A stretch of 64,000 nt of DNA from the NCBI GenBank assembly GCA_046351555.1, contig JAXLYI010000006.1, forward strand, positions 58,284 through 122,283, read 5' to 3'. Every line of letters begins with the position of its first letter. Within the stretch, counting starts at the first letter, position 1. Source of the DNA: Polyangiales bacterium (GTDB taxonomy: Bacteria > Myxococcota_A > Polyangia > Polyangiales > Ga0077539). The translations under genes were made by a program, and so were the position numbers. This document shows, one piece after another, positions 25,987-35,625 of the stretch. The notes under the pieces were generated by a model. The model did no database searches. It was given only the letters and a program-made list of their open reading frames with translations, and was not told where the DNA came from.

Positions 25987-26901
25987 TCACGCGCCCTTCG
26001 CGGCCTCCGCCACCTGCGCGCGGAACCACCGCTGCGCCGGGTCGCGGTGCTGCCGCTCGTGCCACGCGAGGCTCATGCGGAAGCCCGGCAGCGCGACAGG
26101 CGCCTCCACCACGCGCAGCGGGAGCACCTTCGCGAAGGCCTCAGCCACCCGCGCCCCCACCGTGAGCACCAGGTCGGAGCTCGCCACCACGTGCGGCGCC
26201 AGGAGGAAGTGCGGCACCGCGCAGGCCACCCGGCGCTGCTTCCCGTGCTGCGCGAGCACATCGTCGACGACGCCGCCGGGCTTGCCCCCGGGCGCGACGA
26301 AGGCGTGCGGGAGCGACGCCCAGGTGTCGAGGTCGAGGCGCTTCTTCACTTTGGGGTGCCCCTCGCGCACCACGCAGACGAAGCGCTCCTCGTAGAGCAC
26401 GCGCGAATGGATCACGGTGCCGCCGCCGCGCAGCGTGGGGACGGCGAGGGTGGCGTCGGCCTCGCCCGCGGCGAGCTGCGCGACGGCGTCGTCGGCGATG
26501 GTGCGGGTCCAGAGGTCGACGCCGGGCGCGAGGCGGCCGAGGCGCTCGAGCAGGCGCGGCAGGAGCACGAAGGCGCCGTAGTCGGCCGTCGCGAGCGAGA
26601 ACGTGCGCCGCGCGGTGGCCGGGTCGAAGGTGTCGCCCGCGAGCGCCCGCTCGATGGAGGCCAGCGCGTCGCGGAGCGGTGGGCCCAGGCGGGCGGCGCG
26701 GTCGGTGGGCTCGAGGCCCTGGCGCGTGCGGACGAAGAGGGGGTCGCCGAGGTGCTTCCGCAGGCGCGCGAGGCCGTGGCTCATGGCGGGCTGCGAGAGG
26801 CCCACGCGCTTCGCGGCGCGCGTGAGGTGGCGCTCGGCCAGCAGCGCGTCGAGCAGGCGGAGGAGGTTGAGGTCGAGCCCCTGGAGATTCACTCCGTGCA
26901 T
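25987..26901 (-). CDS. LysR-family transcriptional regulator
   Basis: The N-terminal HTH reads LDLNLLRLLDALLAERHLTRAAKRVGLSQPAMSHGLARLR. It is followed by a periplasmic-binding-like effector domain. It is divergent from the NmrA-like gene. Confidence 0.8.
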   Translation of the reverse strand: MHGVNLQGLDLNLLRLLDALLAERHLTRAAKRVGLSQPAMSHGLARLRKHLGDPLFVRTRQGLEPTDRAARLGPPLRDALASIERALAGDTFDPATARRTFSLATADYGAFVLLPRLLERLGRLAPGVDLWTRTIADDAVAQLAAGEADATLAVPTLRGGGTVIHSRVLYEERFVCVVREGHPKVKKRLDLDTWASLPHAFVAPGGKPGGVVDDVLAQHGKQRRVACAVPHFLLAPHVVASSDLVLTVGARVAEAFAKVLPLRVVEAPVALPGFRMSLAWHERQHRDPAQRWFRAQVAEAAKGA

Positions 26902-27001
26902 GATGCACATGACAACCATGCATTGTACAGATGACCGGCGGGCCCTTAGCTTCTCCCTCGACGGCGCGATGGACACGCGCCGCAAGACCAGGAGAACGAC
27001 G

Positions 27002-27871
27002 ATGGACTACGTGATCGCAGGCGTCTCGGGGAACACGGGCTCGGTGGCCGCCAACGCGCTGCTCGACGCGGGGGCGAAGGTGCGGGTGGTGGTCCGTGAC
27101 GCGGCGAAGGGGGCGCCGTGGAGGGCGCGCGGCGCGGAGGTGGCGGTGGCCGACCTCGGCGACGCGAACGCGCTCACCGAGGCGCTGCGCGGCGCGAAGG
27201 GCGCCTACCTGCTCGTCCCGCCGAACATGGCCGCGCCCGACTTCCGCGCGTACCAGAGGGCCACGGGCGAGGCGATCGTCGAGGCGGTGCGGCGCTCGGC
27301 CGTCCCGCACGTGGTCCTCCTGTCGTCGGTGGGCGCGCAGCACCCGTCGGGGACGGGGCCGATCGCGGGGCTGCACCCGGTGGAGAAGGGCCTCGCGGCG
27401 CTCCCGAACACCGCGAGCACCTTCCTCCGCGCGGCGTACTTCATGGAGAACCTCGGGGGCTCGCTCGGGATGCTCGCGCAGGGGGTCCTCCCGACCTTCG
27501 CGCCGGCGGACGTCGCCTTCCCGATGATCGCCACGCAGGACATCGGCCGCACCGCCGCGCAGCTCCTCCGCGAGGGCGCGTCGAAGACCACCGTCGTCGA
27601 GCTCTCGGCCGCGAAGAACTACTCGATGGACGACGCCGCGGCGACGCTCTCGACGCTGACCGGGCGGCCCGTGAAGGCGCAGACCTTCCCGCTCGACGCG
27701 ATGGTGCCGACGCTCACCGGGATGGGGATGCCCGCGCAGTTCGCCGAGCTCTACCGCGAGATGACGGGCGCGATGATGACGGGCCACGTCGCCTTCGAGG
27801 GGACGCACCGCACGGTGCACGGGCCCACGACGCTCGAAGCCGTGCTCCGCGCGCTCGTCGCGCCGAAGTGA
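27002..27871 (+). CDS. NmrA-like / atypical SDR NAD(P)-binding oxidoreductase
   Basis: An AGGAG RBS precedes it. The Rossmann motif is VIAGVSGNTGSVAANALLDAGAKVRVVVRD. It is divergent from the LysR regulator, a classic regulator-target pair. Confidence 0.7.
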   Translation: MDYVIAGVSGNTGSVAANALLDAGAKVRVVVRDAAKGAPWRARGAEVAVADLGDANALTEALRGAKGAYLLVPPNMAAPDFRAYQRATGEAIVEAVRRSAVPHVVLLSSVGAQHPSGTGPIAGLHPVEKGLAALPNTASTFLRAAYFMENLGGSLGMLAQGVLPTFAPADVAFPMIATQDIGRTAAQLLREGASKTTVVELSAAKNYSMDDAAATLSTLTGRPVKAQTFPLDAMVPTLTGMGMPAQFAELYREMTGAMMTGHVAFEGTHRTVHGPTTLEAVLRALVAPK

Positions 27872-27872
27872 G

Positions 27873-29918
27873 CTACCGCCGGAAGCGCGCGCTGCCGACG
27901 CCGACGTTGCCGGCCTCGTCGTAGGCCCGCACCGTCACCGCGTGCTCGCCCGGGGCAATGCCCGCCGGCAGCGGCGCGGTGAAGCCCTCCTCGCGCTCGT
28001 CGAAGAGGCCGTCGGCGCCGCGCGCCGGGCGCCACTCGCCGCCGTCGAAGGCCACCTCCACCCGCACCACCGCGCTCGCGTTGTCGCGCGCGTCGCCGAG
28101 GGCCCGGCCGTTCTCGACGCGCACGGTGACCGCGGGCGCGGTGTTGTCGACCAGCACGGGCTCGCTCGCGCGGCGGTCGGTGGTGGCGCCGTCGGCGGGG
28201 TTGGCGGCCTCGTCGGTGGCCTCGACCTCGACGCGGTACCAGCCCTCCGGCAGCCCGTCGACCGACCACGTGTACGAGCTCTCGGTGAGCCACTCCTGGT
28301 TGCGCAGGATCGGGCGCCAGGTGGCCTCCGTGTCGCCGCGGAAGCGCAGGCGGTAGCGGAGCGCGTCGCCGTCGGGGTTGTCGACCTTCCAGCCGACCTT
28401 CACCGTCGCGGCGCGCGCGTCGCCCACCTTGGTCTCCGGCGCGGAGGCGGTCACGTCGGTGACGACGGCGCGCTGGTTTTCGGGGAGGTAGTAGACGGTG
28501 ACGGCGCGGAGGGCGGTGTCGGCGGCGCGGCCGAAGCGCGCGCGCACCTGGACGTAGCGCGACGCGGGCGACTGGATCACGCCGTCGGCGTCGAGCGCGC
28601 GCCACGCGCTCCAGGTGTTGTCGGGCGTGTCGGTGTTGCCGCTGCGCGACTCCCAGTCGAGCGCGCCGGCGCCGCGCCAGCGCACGGCGCCCCAGCGGGC
28701 GGGGGACGTCGCGTCGAGGACCTTGCTGTTCCACGTGGCGCCGGCGGGGGCGGAGGCGGTGACGCGGTAGAGCGCGCCGGCGTCGCCGGTGCCGAAGAGG
28801 GCGCTGCGGCCGGTGAGCGCGAGGGCGAGCACCTGGGCCTCGTCGACGTCGAGGGCGACGCGGGCGGTGCGGTCTTCCGCGATGGCGACGACGCGCCCGC
28901 CGGCGCCGAGGGCGGCCCAGACCTCGCGGCGGGGGTCGTTCCACTCGAGGGCGGTGACGTGGGCGTCGGGGTTGTTGTAGAGGCGCTCGGCGAGGCCGGT
29001 GGGGCGGATGCGGTAGACGCTGCCCTTGCCGGGCCGCGGGCGCGACGCGCTCACGCCGCCGGGCGACGGGAGGCGGCCCTGGATCGCGCTGCGCCCCGGC
29101 GGGGAAGGCGGCTCGGAGAACTCGTTGGCCGCGGCGATGACGTCGTCGCCGACCACCGCGAGGGCCTTCACCTCGTCGCCCTGGAGCCGCGCCACCACGC
29201 GCGCCTGCGCGCCGCCGCGGACGGCGAACACCACCGCGTGCCCGCCGCCGGAGCCCACGTACGCCTCGCCGCGCCCGAGCGCGAGCGAGTAGAGGTGCGG
29301 CTCGTCGCTGTCGAACACCACCGTCGCGTTGGAGCCCGCGGGCAGGCGCGGGTCGACGGCGAAGAGCTTGCCCTCGGGGCCCGTCGCGCAGAGCAGGGCG
29401 TTGCGCGCGGCGTCCCACGCGACGGCCCAGATGTACTGGGTGTCGGGCAGCTCGGCGACGAGGCGCGGGGGCTGCGGGCGGCCGTTGGCGGGGGCGACGA
29501 GCTTGTAGAGCTTCCCGTCGGGGAGCGTGGCGGCGTACACCGACCCGTCGCCGCCGCGGGCGAGCGAGGTGACCACGAGCGCGTCGGTCTGCGCGTAGAG
29601 CGTGGCGGCGCCGTTCTGCACGCGGTAGACGCGGCCGTCGACGCCGGTGCCGACGAGCGCGGCGCCGTCGCCGAGGTCGAGGATCGACCACACGGAGCCC
29701 ACCGCGTCGGGCAGGCCCACCCGCGCGATGTCGGAGCCGGGCACCACCTGGCCGTCGGCGGTGACCGCGACGCGGTCGAGCGCGCCGGCGGAGAGCTCGG
29801 ACTGCGAGTCGAGGGTGAAGGTGCGGGTCACCACGGCCTCGCCGGGGCGCGCCACCAGCGCGACGCCCGCCAGCACGCTCACCCCCGCCAACGCGAACAG
29901 CTTCCGACGAACGCTCAC
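27873..29918 (-). CDS. secreted beta-rich protein (beta-propeller-like N-terminal region, Ig/FN3-like C-terminal region), function unknown
   Basis: The signal peptide is MSVRRKLFALAGVSVLAGVALVARPGEA. The 681-aa ORF has a 4-bp overlap with the upstream S55 peptidase gene. The C-terminus is rich in beta-sandwich-type patterns (W..Y...V.A.D.AGN). Confidence 0.55.
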   Translation of the reverse strand: MSVRRKLFALAGVSVLAGVALVARPGEAVVTRTFTLDSQSELSAGALDRVAVTADGQVVPGSDIARVGLPDAVGSVWSILDLGDGAALVGTGVDGRVYRVQNGAATLYAQTDALVVTSLARGGDGSVYAATLPDGKLYKLVAPANGRPQPPRLVAELPDTQYIWAVAWDAARNALLCATGPEGKLFAVDPRLPAGSNATVVFDSDEPHLYSLALGRGEAYVGSGGGHAVVFAVRGGAQARVVARLQGDEVKALAVVGDDVIAAANEFSEPPSPPGRSAIQGRLPSPGGVSASRPRPGKGSVYRIRPTGLAERLYNNPDAHVTALEWNDPRREVWAALGAGGRVVAIAEDRTARVALDVDEAQVLALALTGRSALFGTGDAGALYRVTASAPAGATWNSKVLDATSPARWGAVRWRGAGALDWESRSGNTDTPDNTWSAWRALDADGVIQSPASRYVQVRARFGRAADTALRAVTVYYLPENQRAVVTDVTASAPETKVGDARAATVKVGWKVDNPDGDALRYRLRFRGDTEATWRPILRNQEWLTESSYTWSVDGLPEGWYRVEVEATDEAANPADGATTDRRASEPVLVDNTAPAVTVRVENGRALGDARDNASAVVRVEVAFDGGEWRPARGADGLFDEREEGFTAPLPAGIAPGEHAVTVRAYDEAGNVGVGSARFRR

Positions 29919-31732
29919 AGACGAACCTCACGCACACGGAGGCGGACGCGGTCGCGCCCCAGGATGATCCGCCCCACGGGAACGACCGTGCGCTGCACGT
30001 TCCACAGGGGGTCTGCGCCGTCGGTGCTCACGCCGGGGCGGAGCGCGTCGAAGGCCGAGTTCGGGAGGTCGTGGAGCACGCGGCCGCGCAGGGTCGCGCC
30101 CGTCCCCGGCAGCCGCACCGTCACCACGAGGGCGTCGTCGGGGTACCGCGCGGTGAGGTTGCGCACGAGGTCGTCGAGGCTCTCGGGCTCGGCGACGTCG
30201 GGGGAGGTCTCGGCGCCGCTCGCGACGTCGATCTCCATGTCGCGCCCGGCGAGCGCGCGCGGCACGGGCAGCCGGACGGTGCGCGTCTCGGGGGCCTCGC
30301 CGTAGCGCGCGAGCTGGACGCGCAGCTCGACGGTGTCGCCCGGGTCGGCCTCGGCCTGCGAGAGCGTGACGTGCCGGATGTACGAGAAATCCCGGGCCCA
30401 GCGCAGGTCGACGGCGTAGTCGACCGCGTCGATGGGGATGGGCCCGAAGGCGTTGTCCGACACGCGCGACATGAAGTCGTTGGAGGCGACCAGCCCGAGC
30501 TGCACGCCCGCCCCGTTGGCCCCGTGCTCGACGAACTCGAAGGGCGCGCGGCCCCGCAGCGTGACGCGCGTCCGCACCGTCCACGCGACGTCGCCCACGT
30601 CGCCCGCGGTCTCCTCCAGCGCGGTCTCGAGCACCGAGCCCGCGAGGCGCGCGGCGAACATCCGGTGGCCCGCGACCCGCACGTTCCACTCGGTGTGGGG
30701 GGCGCCGTCGACGCCGCGGACGGCGACGTGGACGGGCACGGTGGGCGCGGCCGTTCGGTTGTCGACCACGATGGTGGAGGGCCGGTCCTGCACGAGCGCG
30801 CCGAGGTCGCGGACGGGCTCGCTGATCTTCATCGAGCGCCGCTCGCTCGCGAGGATCCACATCACCCGCGCGATGCCCGCGGGCATGGCCGTCTCGCCCA
30901 TCCCCATCATCGGGTGGCCGAAGGCGACGAGCTCGTCGCCCTGCACGTGCGTGACGGTGCCCGTGGCGTTGCCCGACACGTCGCCCTGGAGCAATCGGAT
31001 GGCCACCGCGCCGCCGTCCTCGTAGCGCGTCGGCGCGTCGGCCGGGGGCGTGCGCGACCCGCCGCCTCCCGCCTGGACGGGCACGACGCCGAAGGGCTCG
31101 AGCGCCTCGGCGAGGTGGCGCAGCGCGCGGTCGCCCATGCCGCCGACGGTGAGCGGCGTCGCCACGGGAACCAGCGCGCCGTACTGCGTGGGGAGCGGCG
31201 CGCGCTGCGCGGCGGCGCGGCGGGCGAGTCCGTCCCACGGGGCGGGCGCGGCCTCGGCGCGGGCGCCGCCCTGGAGGATCTCGATGGGGATCTGCGAGCC
31301 TGGGAGCAGCCCCGCGGGCGTGCGGCGCGGGCGCCGGAGCTCGGCGAGCATCGCGTCGATGGGCGTCACCCCCGCCACCGGGTCGCGGCCGAACTCCCAG
31401 CCGTAGGCGTAGGCCCCCGCGAGGCGGCCGTCGAGGTAGATGGGGCTGCCGCTCATGCCCGCGACGGTGCCCGCGTGCTCGAGCGTCGGGTGCGTCGGGC
31501 GGATGAGGATCGCGTTCATCCGCGGGCGGAAGTTGTGGACGACGTCGATGACCTCGACTTCGAAGCGCTCGGGGCGCGTCCCGCGGAACACCGTGAGCCC
31601 GTAGCCCCGCATGCCGGGTCGCACCTCGTCGAAGGGGATCAGCGCCGCGGCGGGCCGCGACTGCGCGAGGAGCGCGCCGGAGCCCGCGAGCACGGCGGCG
31701 ACGGAGACGAGCGAGAGGGTGGAGGGGCGCAC
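29915..31732 (-). CDS. peptidase S55 (SpoIVB-like serine peptidase) family protein
   Basis: A signal peptide is present. The catalytic-serine signature GTVAGMSGSPIY is characteristic of SpoIVB/S55. Length is 605 aa. Confidence 0.6.
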   Translation of the reverse strand: MRPSTLSLVSVAAVLAGSGALLAQSRPAAALIPFDEVRPGMRGYGLTVFRGTRPERFEVEVIDVVHNFRPRMNAILIRPTHPTLEHAGTVAGMSGSPIYLDGRLAGAYAYGWEFGRDPVAGVTPIDAMLAELRRPRRTPAGLLPGSQIPIEILQGGARAEAAPAPWDGLARRAAAQRAPLPTQYGALVPVATPLTVGGMGDRALRHLAEALEPFGVVPVQAGGGGSRTPPADAPTRYEDGGAVAIRLLQGDVSGNATGTVTHVQGDELVAFGHPMMGMGETAMPAGIARVMWILASERRSMKISEPVRDLGALVQDRPSTIVVDNRTAAPTVPVHVAVRGVDGAPHTEWNVRVAGHRMFAARLAGSVLETALEETAGDVGDVAWTVRTRVTLRGRAPFEFVEHGANGAGVQLGLVASNDFMSRVSDNAFGPIPIDAVDYAVDLRWARDFSYIRHVTLSQAEADPGDTVELRVQLARYGEAPETRTVRLPVPRALAGRDMEIDVASGAETSPDVAEPESLDDLVRNLTARYPDDALVVTVRLPGTGATLRGRVLHDLPNSAFDALRPGVSTDGADPLWNVQRTVVPVGRIILGRDRVRLRVREVRL

Positions 31733-31823
31733 CGGGGGCGCGGAGTGTCAGACGCCGGGTCGCCGGGTGTCAACGCCGGTGAGCGGGGCGCGGCGGAGGG
31801 CGGCGGGGGCGCGGACGGCGGCT

Positions 31824-32981
31824 TCAGCGCGCCCGGGCGGGCGTCAGCGGCGCGACGTGCACGTCGCCGGCGGCCGCCCACGCGACGTGGCGCAGCCCCG
31901 GGCTGACGGCGAGCGCGGTCGCGGGGGCGCGGGCGGGCGCGACGTCCCACGTGCGTGCGGGCGTCGCGGCGGCGCCCGGGCGGACGCGCGTGAGCCGCAC
32001 CTCGCCGCGCGCCGGCGCGAGCTCGTCCTCGCCCCAGAACGCCGCGTCGCGCGCCTCCATCCGGGCGAACACGCACGTGCCGCGCGGCGTGACGGCGACG
32101 GGGTAGAGCCCGTCGCCCGCGAGCTCGGTGACGTGCGCGACGGCCGCCGCGTGCGCGTCGACCACGGCGAGCCGCGCGGGGGCGCGGGCGAAGTCCCGGC
32201 CGCTTCGCAGCAGCGACGGCGCCGGCGAGGGCGTCGCGACGAACAGACGGCCGCCGTCGGGCGAGAAGCGCATGCGCGTCCGCCGGGAGCGCGTCGAGAG
32301 CGCCACGCGTCGTCGCGCGCCCGTCGCCGGCTCGAAGAGCGTGAGGGCGTCGCCGCCGGCGAGCGCCACGCGCGTACCGTCGGGCGAGAGGGCGACCGCG
32401 CACGCGCCCTCGGGGGGGAACCACTCGAGCTCCTGCCCCGTGCGGCCGTCGAGCATCACGAGCCGCGTCTCCGCCCCGGGGTCGCCGCCGCCGAACCCGA
32501 CGAACTCGATCGCCGCGGCGCGCGGCGCACCGGGCGCGACCGCGAGCGCCTGCAGGTCGGGGAGCCGTTCGGGGTCGGGCGTGCATCGCAGCGCGGTCGC
32601 GTGGTCGCGTGAGCGCGCGAGCCACACCGCGAACTCGGTCCGCATCGTCCCGGGCGGCGGGTCGCCGATCGCGTGGACGGCGAGGGCGCCGGCGCGCGGG
32701 ACCTCCAGCACGTCGCGGACGCGGACCGTGCCCGGCGCGACGTCCTCGTCGTACTGCCCGAGCCAGCGCCGGGTGCGGCGCCAGCGCCCGGTCGCGAGGC
32801 CGGCCTCGAGCAGCGCCCCGCCGACGGCGACGTAGAGCCGGCGCCCGTCGCGCGAGAACGCGAGCGCGTCGACCGCCGCGTCGCCTCCCTCGGGGGCTTC
32901 GCCGAGCCGCTCGCGCACGTCGAAGCGCGTCGCGCCCGTGGGGTCGAACACCGGGTCGATCGGGTCTTCGTCGGAAGGCAT
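31824..32981 (-). CDS. WD40-like beta-propeller repeat protein
   Basis: Start chosen is MPSDEDPIDPVFDP. Repeated ..SPDG.R.A.. units occur (LAFSRDGRRLYVAVGG, ALSPDGTRVALAGGD, MRFSPDGGRLFVATPS). Confidence 0.5.
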   Translation of the reverse strand: MPSDEDPIDPVFDPTGATRFDVRERLGEAPEGGDAAVDALAFSRDGRRLYVAVGGALLEAGLATGRWRRTRRWLGQYDEDVAPGTVRVRDVLEVPRAGALAVHAIGDPPPGTMRTEFAVWLARSRDHATALRCTPDPERLPDLQALAVAPGAPRAAAIEFVGFGGGDPGAETRLVMLDGRTGQELEWFPPEGACAVALSPDGTRVALAGGDALTLFEPATGARRRVALSTRSRRTRMRFSPDGGRLFVATPSPAPSLLRSGRDFARAPARLAVVDAHAAAVAHVTELAGDGLYPVAVTPRGTCVFARMEARDAAFWGEDELAPARGEVRLTRVRPGAAATPARTWDVAPARAPATALAVSPGLRHVAWAAAGDVHVAPLTPARAR

Positions 32982-33199
32982 CGGGTCACCCTGCCACCGA
33001 CGGCGTGACCGCGGCGGCGCGAAGGCATGTACTACGCGCCCGCCGGGGTGCGCCACCGCCCGCCTTGCGTGCGCTGCCGGCGCCCGGTCCGCGCAACGTG
33101 CGAACCCCGCCGCGCTTACGGCCCGCGCCGTGTGCGGACGAACTTCCAAGCGCGCGGGGCGCGGGCGGTCTCACCGCGCACCGGAAGCGAGGTGACGCG

Positions 33200-33664
33200 A
33201 TGACGATGGAGCGGAAGGCGTGGGCGATGGCGGCGGGGGCGTGGCTGGCGGCGTGCGCCTCGACGGGGCCGAACACCGCGGCGACGGCCGCGACCGTGGC
33301 GGCGGCCGAGCGCACGACGGCGGAGCGTTCGGTGACGTCGGCGGAGTGGGAGGCGATGCGCGAGCGCGGGGACTTCGCGCCCGCCGAGCTGGAGCAGGTG
33401 GGCGAGCGCGAGGAGGTGTCGGTGACGGAGGCGCGCCCGCCGCCCCTGGCGGGGACAACGCGGCTGACGGAGTGCCTGCCAGGCGGCAGCTCCGAGGCGG
33501 TGGTCCGCGAGCGCGCGACGGGCGCGCTGTGGCGGCTCGTCGCGGTGGGCAGGGTCCACGCCCCCGCGGGCGTGTCGATCTCCGCGACGCGGTGCTTCGC
33601 GCGCGTCGTCCGCCTGCCGCCGGGCGCGTCGCTCGCGGGCCGGCTCCGGGTGTCGTACCCGTAG
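33200..33664 (+). CDS. small lipoprotein, function unknown
   Basis: The N-terminus MTMERKAWAMAAGAWLAACAS is a lipobox. Length is 154 aa. An RBS-like GGAAGCGAGG lies upstream. Confidence 0.45.
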   Translation: MTMERKAWAMAAGAWLAACASTGPNTAATAATVAAAERTTAERSVTSAEWEAMRERGDFAPAELEQVGEREEVSVTEARPPPLAGTTRLTECLPGGSSEAVVRERATGALWRLVAVGRVHAPAGVSISATRCFARVVRLPPGASLAGRLRVSYP

Positions 33665-33702
33665 CCCGGCAGCGTAGGCCGCGCGCCCGCAACATCGCGG
33701 CG

Positions 33703-35355
33703 CTACCACGCCCGCGGCAGCACGCCGATCGCGAGGGCGTAGCGCACCGCGCGGCCCGCGGGCTCCCGCACGCAGAGCACGTAGTCGCCCGCCGCAAGGC
33801 CGCGCAGCACGCCGACCGCGCCCGGGTCGAGCCGCGCGCTCCCGGCCAGCGGGCCGTCCCAGGTCGAGGTGCGCAGCGTCCAGCGCCCGACCTCGACGCC
33901 CGACGCGCGGAAGAGGCTCGCCTCGAGCAGCGCGGTGGCCTCCACGTAGAGCGCCCCGCCCTCCGCCACGCGGACCGCGTGGCAGTCCTCCGGGTCGTCG
34001 GCCGAGAGCGACGCGTCGTAGAGCGCCGAGCGCGTCAGCACCGCGCGCGGCGCCGCGGCGCGGTCGTTGGGCTCGGCCTCGGGGGCGGGCGTGGCGCAGG
34101 CCGCGACCGCCCGGCCCTCGGCGGTGACCGTCGTCGGCACGCAGCGCGTCGGCGCGGGGCAGAGCGTGCGGACGGCGCCGAGGTCGCACGGGTCGCCGGC
34201 GCGGGCGGGCTCGAAGCAGGTGCGCCGGTAGCGCGAGAAGGAGGAGCACTGGAGCGCGCCGTCGCAGGGCGCGCCAGAACCGCGGCAGTCGGCGCCGGGC
34301 GCAGTGCCCGGGGCGACGCAGCGGGCGCCGTCCGCGGGGTGCGCGGCGTCGCAGGTGTCGCCGTCGGCGCACACGGAGGTGGCGCGCGTCGGGTCGCAGG
34401 CGGCGCCCCGCGCGACGCGCCGCACGCAGCGCCAGCCGTCGCACGCGGCGCCCTCGTCGCACTCCTGCGCCTCCCCGCGGCACCGGCCCCCGGGGGCCCC
34501 GTCGGGCGCGGCCGCGCAGGTCGGCGCGCCCCGGCTCGTCAGGCAGCGCGTCCCGGCGGGGCAGACGTCGCCCGCGGGGTCGCAGGGCTCGCCGGGCTGG
34601 AGCCCCGACACGCAGTGGAAGTACGCGCGGTTGCAGCCGACCGCGGCCCCGCTGTTGACGCCCGAGCAGCGGAGCCCCGCGCCGCACGATCGGTCGTCGT
34701 GGCAGTAGCCGCCCGCCGCGCCGTCCGTGACGCAGCGGCGGGTGCCGTTGACGTCCTGGCACGAGGCGCCTTCGTTGCAGAACTCGTCGACGCCGCCGCA
34801 GAGCTCGCCCACCGCGAGCCCGGCCGTGCAGTGGGTGGTCGTATCGCAGCCGAGGCCCGGGTCGCACCGCCCCGAGCAGTCGGTGTTGCGGCACATGCCG
34901 AAGCGCGTGCCGTACGCCGCGCAGCGCCGCCCGTCCGCGGCGGGTTCGCACGACGCGCCGGGGGCGCAGTAGACGGGGTTGAGCCCGTCGCGGCACGGCT
35001 CGCCCACGGCGGCGGTTCGAACGCAGCGCACGGTCGACGGGCCCACGCAGCGGTAGCCCGCGGGGCAGTCGTACGCGGGGGGGCCGCAGGCGGGGGCGTC
35101 GTCGGAGACGTCGACCGCAACGTCGTCGGGCGCGTCCGCGGCGGGGGCGTCGGTGACGTCGAGCGGCGCGTCCGGGGAGGTGGCGTCGGCGCTCGTGTCG
35201 GCGCTCGCGTCGCCAGGTGTGACGCGGGCGTCGGCGACGTTGACGTCGTCGGGGGCCGCGGGGCGGTCGGGCGTCGGCGGGGCCTCCGCGACGGGGCCGC
35301 AGGCCGAGAGCGCGAGGAGACCGAACAGGGCCACGAGGAGCGAACGCTTCGACAT
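33703..35355 (-). CDS. Cys-rich secreted lipoprotein (about 60 Cys) with an acidic tether
   Basis: The N-terminus MSKRSLLVALFGLLALSAC is a lipobox. A PDxxAxDA tether follows. Many C..G..C / CxxGxxC modules occur (AGYRCVGPSTVRCV, CAPGASCEPAADGRRC, etc.). Confidence 0.6.
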   Translation of the reverse strand: MSKRSLLVALFGLLALSACGPVAEAPPTPDRPAAPDDVNVADARVTPGDASADTSADATSPDAPLDVTDAPAADAPDDVAVDVSDDAPACGPPAYDCPAGYRCVGPSTVRCVRTAAVGEPCRDGLNPVYCAPGASCEPAADGRRCAAYGTRFGMCRNTDCSGRCDPGLGCDTTTHCTAGLAVGELCGGVDEFCNEGASCQDVNGTRRCVTDGAAGGYCHDDRSCGAGLRCSGVNSGAAVGCNRAYFHCVSGLQPGEPCDPAGDVCPAGTRCLTSRGAPTCAAAPDGAPGGRCRGEAQECDEGAACDGWRCVRRVARGAACDPTRATSVCADGDTCDAAHPADGARCVAPGTAPGADCRGSGAPCDGALQCSSFSRYRRTCFEPARAGDPCDLGAVRTLCPAPTRCVPTTVTAEGRAVAACATPAPEAEPNDRAAAPRAVLTRSALYDASLSADDPEDCHAVRVAEGGALYVEATALLEASLFRASGVEVGRWTLRTSTWDGPLAGSARLDPGAVGVLRGLAAGDYVLCVREPAGRAVRYALAIGVLPRAW

Positions 35356-35462
35356 CGCGGCGGAGTGGCCGGCGTTCGCTGGAGCCGTCACGAAATCTGG
35401 CGGCGCGTGCGGGCCGTATCTGCGCACGTCCACCTCAACCCAACCACGAAGGAGAACACACC

Positions 35463-35525
35463 ATGAAGATCCGCACCCGCGTCAAGGCCGGCGAGTGGTA
35501 CCCCATCCAGAAGCCCGGCCACTGA
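35463..35525 (+). CDS. 20-codon small ORF (MKIRTRVKAGEWYPIQKPGH) with a consensus Shine-Dalgarno; function unknown
   Basis: An AAGGAG lies 7 nt upstream of the ATG. All 19 sense codons end in G or C, the host preference. It lies in a divergent intergenic region upstream of the 35626 lipoprotein gene. Confidence 0.35.
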   Translation: MKIRTRVKAGEWYPIQKPGH

Positions 35526-35625
35526 TCGAGCGCCCGCCGCGCGCCCCTCCCTCCCGCGACGCATCGGCCGGCGTCGCGCCGTAGACGCCGACGCGCGCCC
35601 CGTGGTGCAATCGGCGCCCCCCTCA

